From an uncultured Actinomycetes bacterium (GTDB lineage: Bacteria > Actinomycetota > Thermoleophilia > UBA2241): a stretch of 64,000 bases of DNA. A model generated the notes under the pieces. It made no database searches. It saw only the letters and a program-made list of their open reading frames with translations, and had not been told where the DNA came from. This document shows positions 61,129 to 64,000 of the stretch, piece by piece. The position numbers were made by a program, and so were the translations under genes. The stretch covers positions 529,062 through 593,061 of the forward strand of contig CAVRZA010000002.1 in the NCBI GenBank assembly GCA_963725665.1. Reading direction: 5' to 3'. Position 1 is the stretch's first letter. Each line of letters begins with the position of its first letter.

Positions 61129-61746
61129 GTGATGCGCAGGTTCCTAATCGGCATCCTTCTGATCGCCCTGGGGCTGATCGTAGTGGGATGCGGCAGCAAG
61201 GGCGGCAACACTACTTCCAGCGCATCACCTACGCCCAGCGTGTCACCCAGCCCTTCACCAACCGTATTGACGCAAGCCGATCAGTTGCGCCTGTTCCTGG
61301 CCGACGTGAAGCCGGTCCGCGTGCGCTACCGCAAGCTGGAAAACAAGCTCGACCACATCATCTGGAAGGACATAAACCAGAAGGCCATAGACGCGACCTG
61401 GCGGCGTGGTGGCAACAGGGTCTACAGGCTGACAAGCAAGTACGACGGCATCCTGGTTGACCTACAGTTGGTGGACGCACCCGCTTTCATGCGCCCCGCC
61501 ATCAGAAGCATAGTGAAGTCGCTGACTCGTGAACGGCAGATGTACGAAGCGATTGCCGGTTTTCTAGCTTCGCAAGATGCTGGAAACCACGGAGACCGGA
61601 GGTCTGAGTCTGTCCGCGGTTGGTGCGGTCTGGCTGTTCATCGGGGTTGCTGTCAGCGGCGCTGCTCCCGAACTGTCCAAGCTCTTGGCATGAAGCGATC
61701 TGGAGCGTGCGCACTATTGGTCTGCGTCAGAGCGGCGCGCGGCTGA
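61129..61746 (+). CDS. Putative lipoprotein (C-terminus probably disrupted)
   Basis: MRRFLIGILLIALGLIVVGC lipobox, SPSP linker; sequence looks non-coding after ~61580. Confidence 0.6.
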   Translation: MMRRFLIGILLIALGLIVVGCGSKGGNTTSSASPTPSVSPSPSPTVLTQADQLRLFLADVKPVRVRYRKLENKLDHIIWKDINQKAIDATWRRGGNRVYRLTSKYDGILVDLQLVDAPAFMRPAIRSIVKSLTRERQMYEAIAGFLASQDAGNHGDRRSESVRGWCGLAVHRGCCQRRCSRTVQALGMKRSGACALLVCVRAARG

Positions 61747-62184
61747 GGTTCGAGATCAGCTCGCCATTCTGCAGCTGAGCGGCGTGAACATCCGTAGCCA
61801 CGACAAAGAGCCGGCGTCCGCGATTGGCGGTCCAGGATCTCTGCTTAAGTCTCTCGTCGAAAGCGTCGGCTTCTCGTCGGCCGACGCGTGGAAGCGCTGT
61901 AAGTGGCGCACTTTCGGCCGGGTGACCTCACAACAAGACTTCCAGCAACTCACCCGGCGGCTTCGCACCGGCGCTCGTCCTGAAGCGGCTGCACATCTCG
62001 AGCACGAAGCGCCCGCCTCAATCGGGGAGCCTCACTGCCGGGAGTTGTCCTGCCTGTCCCCTCCGAGCTGTCTGGCGCGGCCGTGGCGCTGTCACCATGG
62101 GAGTGTAAGCTCAGAGCGTCGGGCCATGGGTCTCGAGCCCAGTGGCTGGGGTGCCGACATTGACCGTGTGACGACGGAGCCATC

Positions 62185-63415
62185 GTGACTTCTCTCTTCG
62201 GCTGGGTCGACTACTCAGAACGCGAGAAGCGTCTCATGACCGAGGCGATCGACGTCTTCGGCGAGCACGACACGCGTGACGAGTTCGGCATCGGGGCAAT
62301 CCGGGACGCGCCGTCCGACCTCTTCTTCCCTGGCACCAACACGATGCAGACCAGGGCTCGCTACTTCCTCTTCATCCCCTGGATCTACGCAGCACTCGAG
62401 AGGAAGGGCGTGAATTCGAGGGACATCGCCGCTCGGGCGCGGCAGGACGAGGCTGCGCTGATCCGCGCCCTCATGCAGTCGGGGCTCAGTGACGGCGTCA
62501 TCGGTCGCTACTCTCAGGAGCGACTGCAGCGGCTGCCGAGCAACATCTACTGGTTGGGTCTCGGACTCTGGGGCATCCGACGATGGCCCGGCGGTCAGAC
62601 CGACTACCATCGGTCGCTGGACGCCTACTACGCCCGCTTGAGGGTGAGTGTGCGCAACGACGACGCGGAGGCTGTCGACTCCGTCCGGCGCAACTGGGAC
62701 ACCCTTCCGCCCGCGCCGGCGGACTTCCCTGTGGGCGCGACCTTCGACCTCTCTGCCGATGAAGCTCACGACTCTGCGCGACAAGATCGTCCTTCACTGC
62801 CGTGACTCGCTCCTGGCTTGGCTTGTCCTCAACGGCACCGCCTGGGACGTGAGCCAGACGCGGTACGTCTGGGAGCACCCCCAGCGCGACCGGTTCCCAC
62901 AGGCAACCCAGGCCCACCTCGAGCACGCGCGATGTCTTTCGCTTGCGATGCACGGAGCGGCTTTGATCTACAACCTGCATCTGGCGCGCCGGATCGAGAA
63001 CGAGGAGCTTGTCGACGAGTACACAGTCGCCGTTGAGGGCTGGTCGGGGCTCGTCGATGCCGAACTGCGCCCGTCGCTCGACTCTTGGAGACTCCCGGAG
63101 CTGTGGCGCCTGGTGACGGGCATCAACCCTTGGATCAGTCCCGCGGCACGTCGTTTCGTCGAGCGCGCCGGCCTGCGATTTATCGAGACCACCCAGCCCG
63201 CGTCGGGGCTTGCCCGCAACTCCGAGGTGCTGCGGCTTCTGCGAACGCGAGAAGAAGCGCTCAAGGGCAAGCGCGCACGCCTCTCTCACAAGGATGCTCG
63301 CCAAGGGTGGAGTGAGCACTCCGGCATCGGCCGGCTCGAGTTCCGCTGGCCGGTCGCACAGCAGATCGCTCTCGACATCCTGGGCGGCCTCATCGGCGGG
63401 CAGGGCGATGCTTGA
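62185..63415 (+). CDS. DUF6361-like protein (frameshift ~62770)
   Basis: FGWVDYS, RDEFGIGAIRDA..FPGTNTMQTRARYFLFIPW, PSNIYW; C-terminal REEALKGKRARL, FRW. Confidence 0.75.
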
Positions 63416-64000
63416 CCCTGGCAACCGGCACCTCTTCCTCGAAGCGCTGCGGCCGCGCCGGCCGGCTATCGCCTCGACCGCGGCGTCGGCACCACCTTCT
63501 CCCTCGACCTGGTCGCCCTGCTGTGCGCGCCGCTTGCCTTCACGAAGTTCGACTGGCGCGACGAGGCCAACGGCCCGCCGACCGGAGGCCCGGCGCTGCT
63601 CGAAGCGCTGCGCGAGAACATCGAGCGGCTCGTCGTCTTCTGCCAGGCTGGGCAGATCACGGTGCCGCGCCAATACGGAGCGCTGTTCGACTACCTCGAG
63701 GACGTCGTCGTCGAGGTCTCGCTGCCCCCGGGCCGCGGCGTCTTTCACCCCAAGGTGCGGGTCCTGCGCTACGCGCCTCTCCAAGCCGACTCGGGCGCCG
63801 CGCCGCTGGTACGTTTCCTGTGTATGAGCCGCATCCTCACTTTCGCTGCCATGTGGGACACGATGCTCGCGCTTGACGGCGAGGTCGCCGTCGAGCGCAC
63901 CCGCGGCTACTCGGTGAATCGCCCCCTGGTCGACTTCGTCTCGGCTCTGCCGCGGCTAGCAAAGCACGGGCTCACAGAGGGCGCACGCGAGCTCGTTGAT
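63408..64000 (+). CDS. Phospholipase D-superfamily protein (3' partial; frameshift ~63455)
   Basis: MLDP..EALRP(P)AGY..VGTTFSLDL..VFHPKV (HxK); overlaps the upstream gene stop. Confidence 0.75.

Larger units (their letters stand above)
49790..64000. mobile_element. Mosaic genomic island downstream of tRNA-Phe (right end not in window)
   Basis: Low coding density, two tyrosine integrases, att remnant, IS, orphan ORFs and AT-richer patches after a tRNA 3' end. Confidence 0.8.

Noticed and set aside
49790-62184. Integron cassette array
   Set aside because: No repeated attC sites with RYYYAAC/GTTRRRY ends were seen, genes face both ways, and the integrases are arm-domain type rather than IntI-like.

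Overview
High-GC bacterial window, probably an anaerobic Actinomycetota (Thermoleophilia-like; inferred from gene content). From left to right: a [NiFe]-hydrogenase maturation operon (hypF-C-D-E); a tRNA cluster (Thr, Tyr, Met, Pro) with a candidate C-loop (6C-like) sRNA and a 1.5-kb integrase-less islet at tRNA-Met; a complete minus-strand [FeFe]-hydrogenase locus (receiver-hydC-hydB-hydA-GAF kinase-hydG-TM1266-aspA-hydF-hydE) behind a Rex-like box, with a HydB carrying non-bifurcating signatures; housekeeping and metabolic genes; an ion-homeostasis cluster (NhaD/ArsB, K+-independent H+-PPase, two APC-USP fusions, three TrkA, TrkH); and, from tRNA-Phe (49.7 kb) to the end, a mosaic accessory region. 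That region holds two paralogous tyrosine integrases with an unusual Zn-ribbon insertion and a shared upstream leader, a tRNA-Cys att remnant, a stand-alone SepF, an IS982-family element and a DUF6361-like + PLD pair (putative defence). Many single-base frameshifts, some compensating, suggest uncorrected assembly indels. All family calls come from motif recognition, not database searches.
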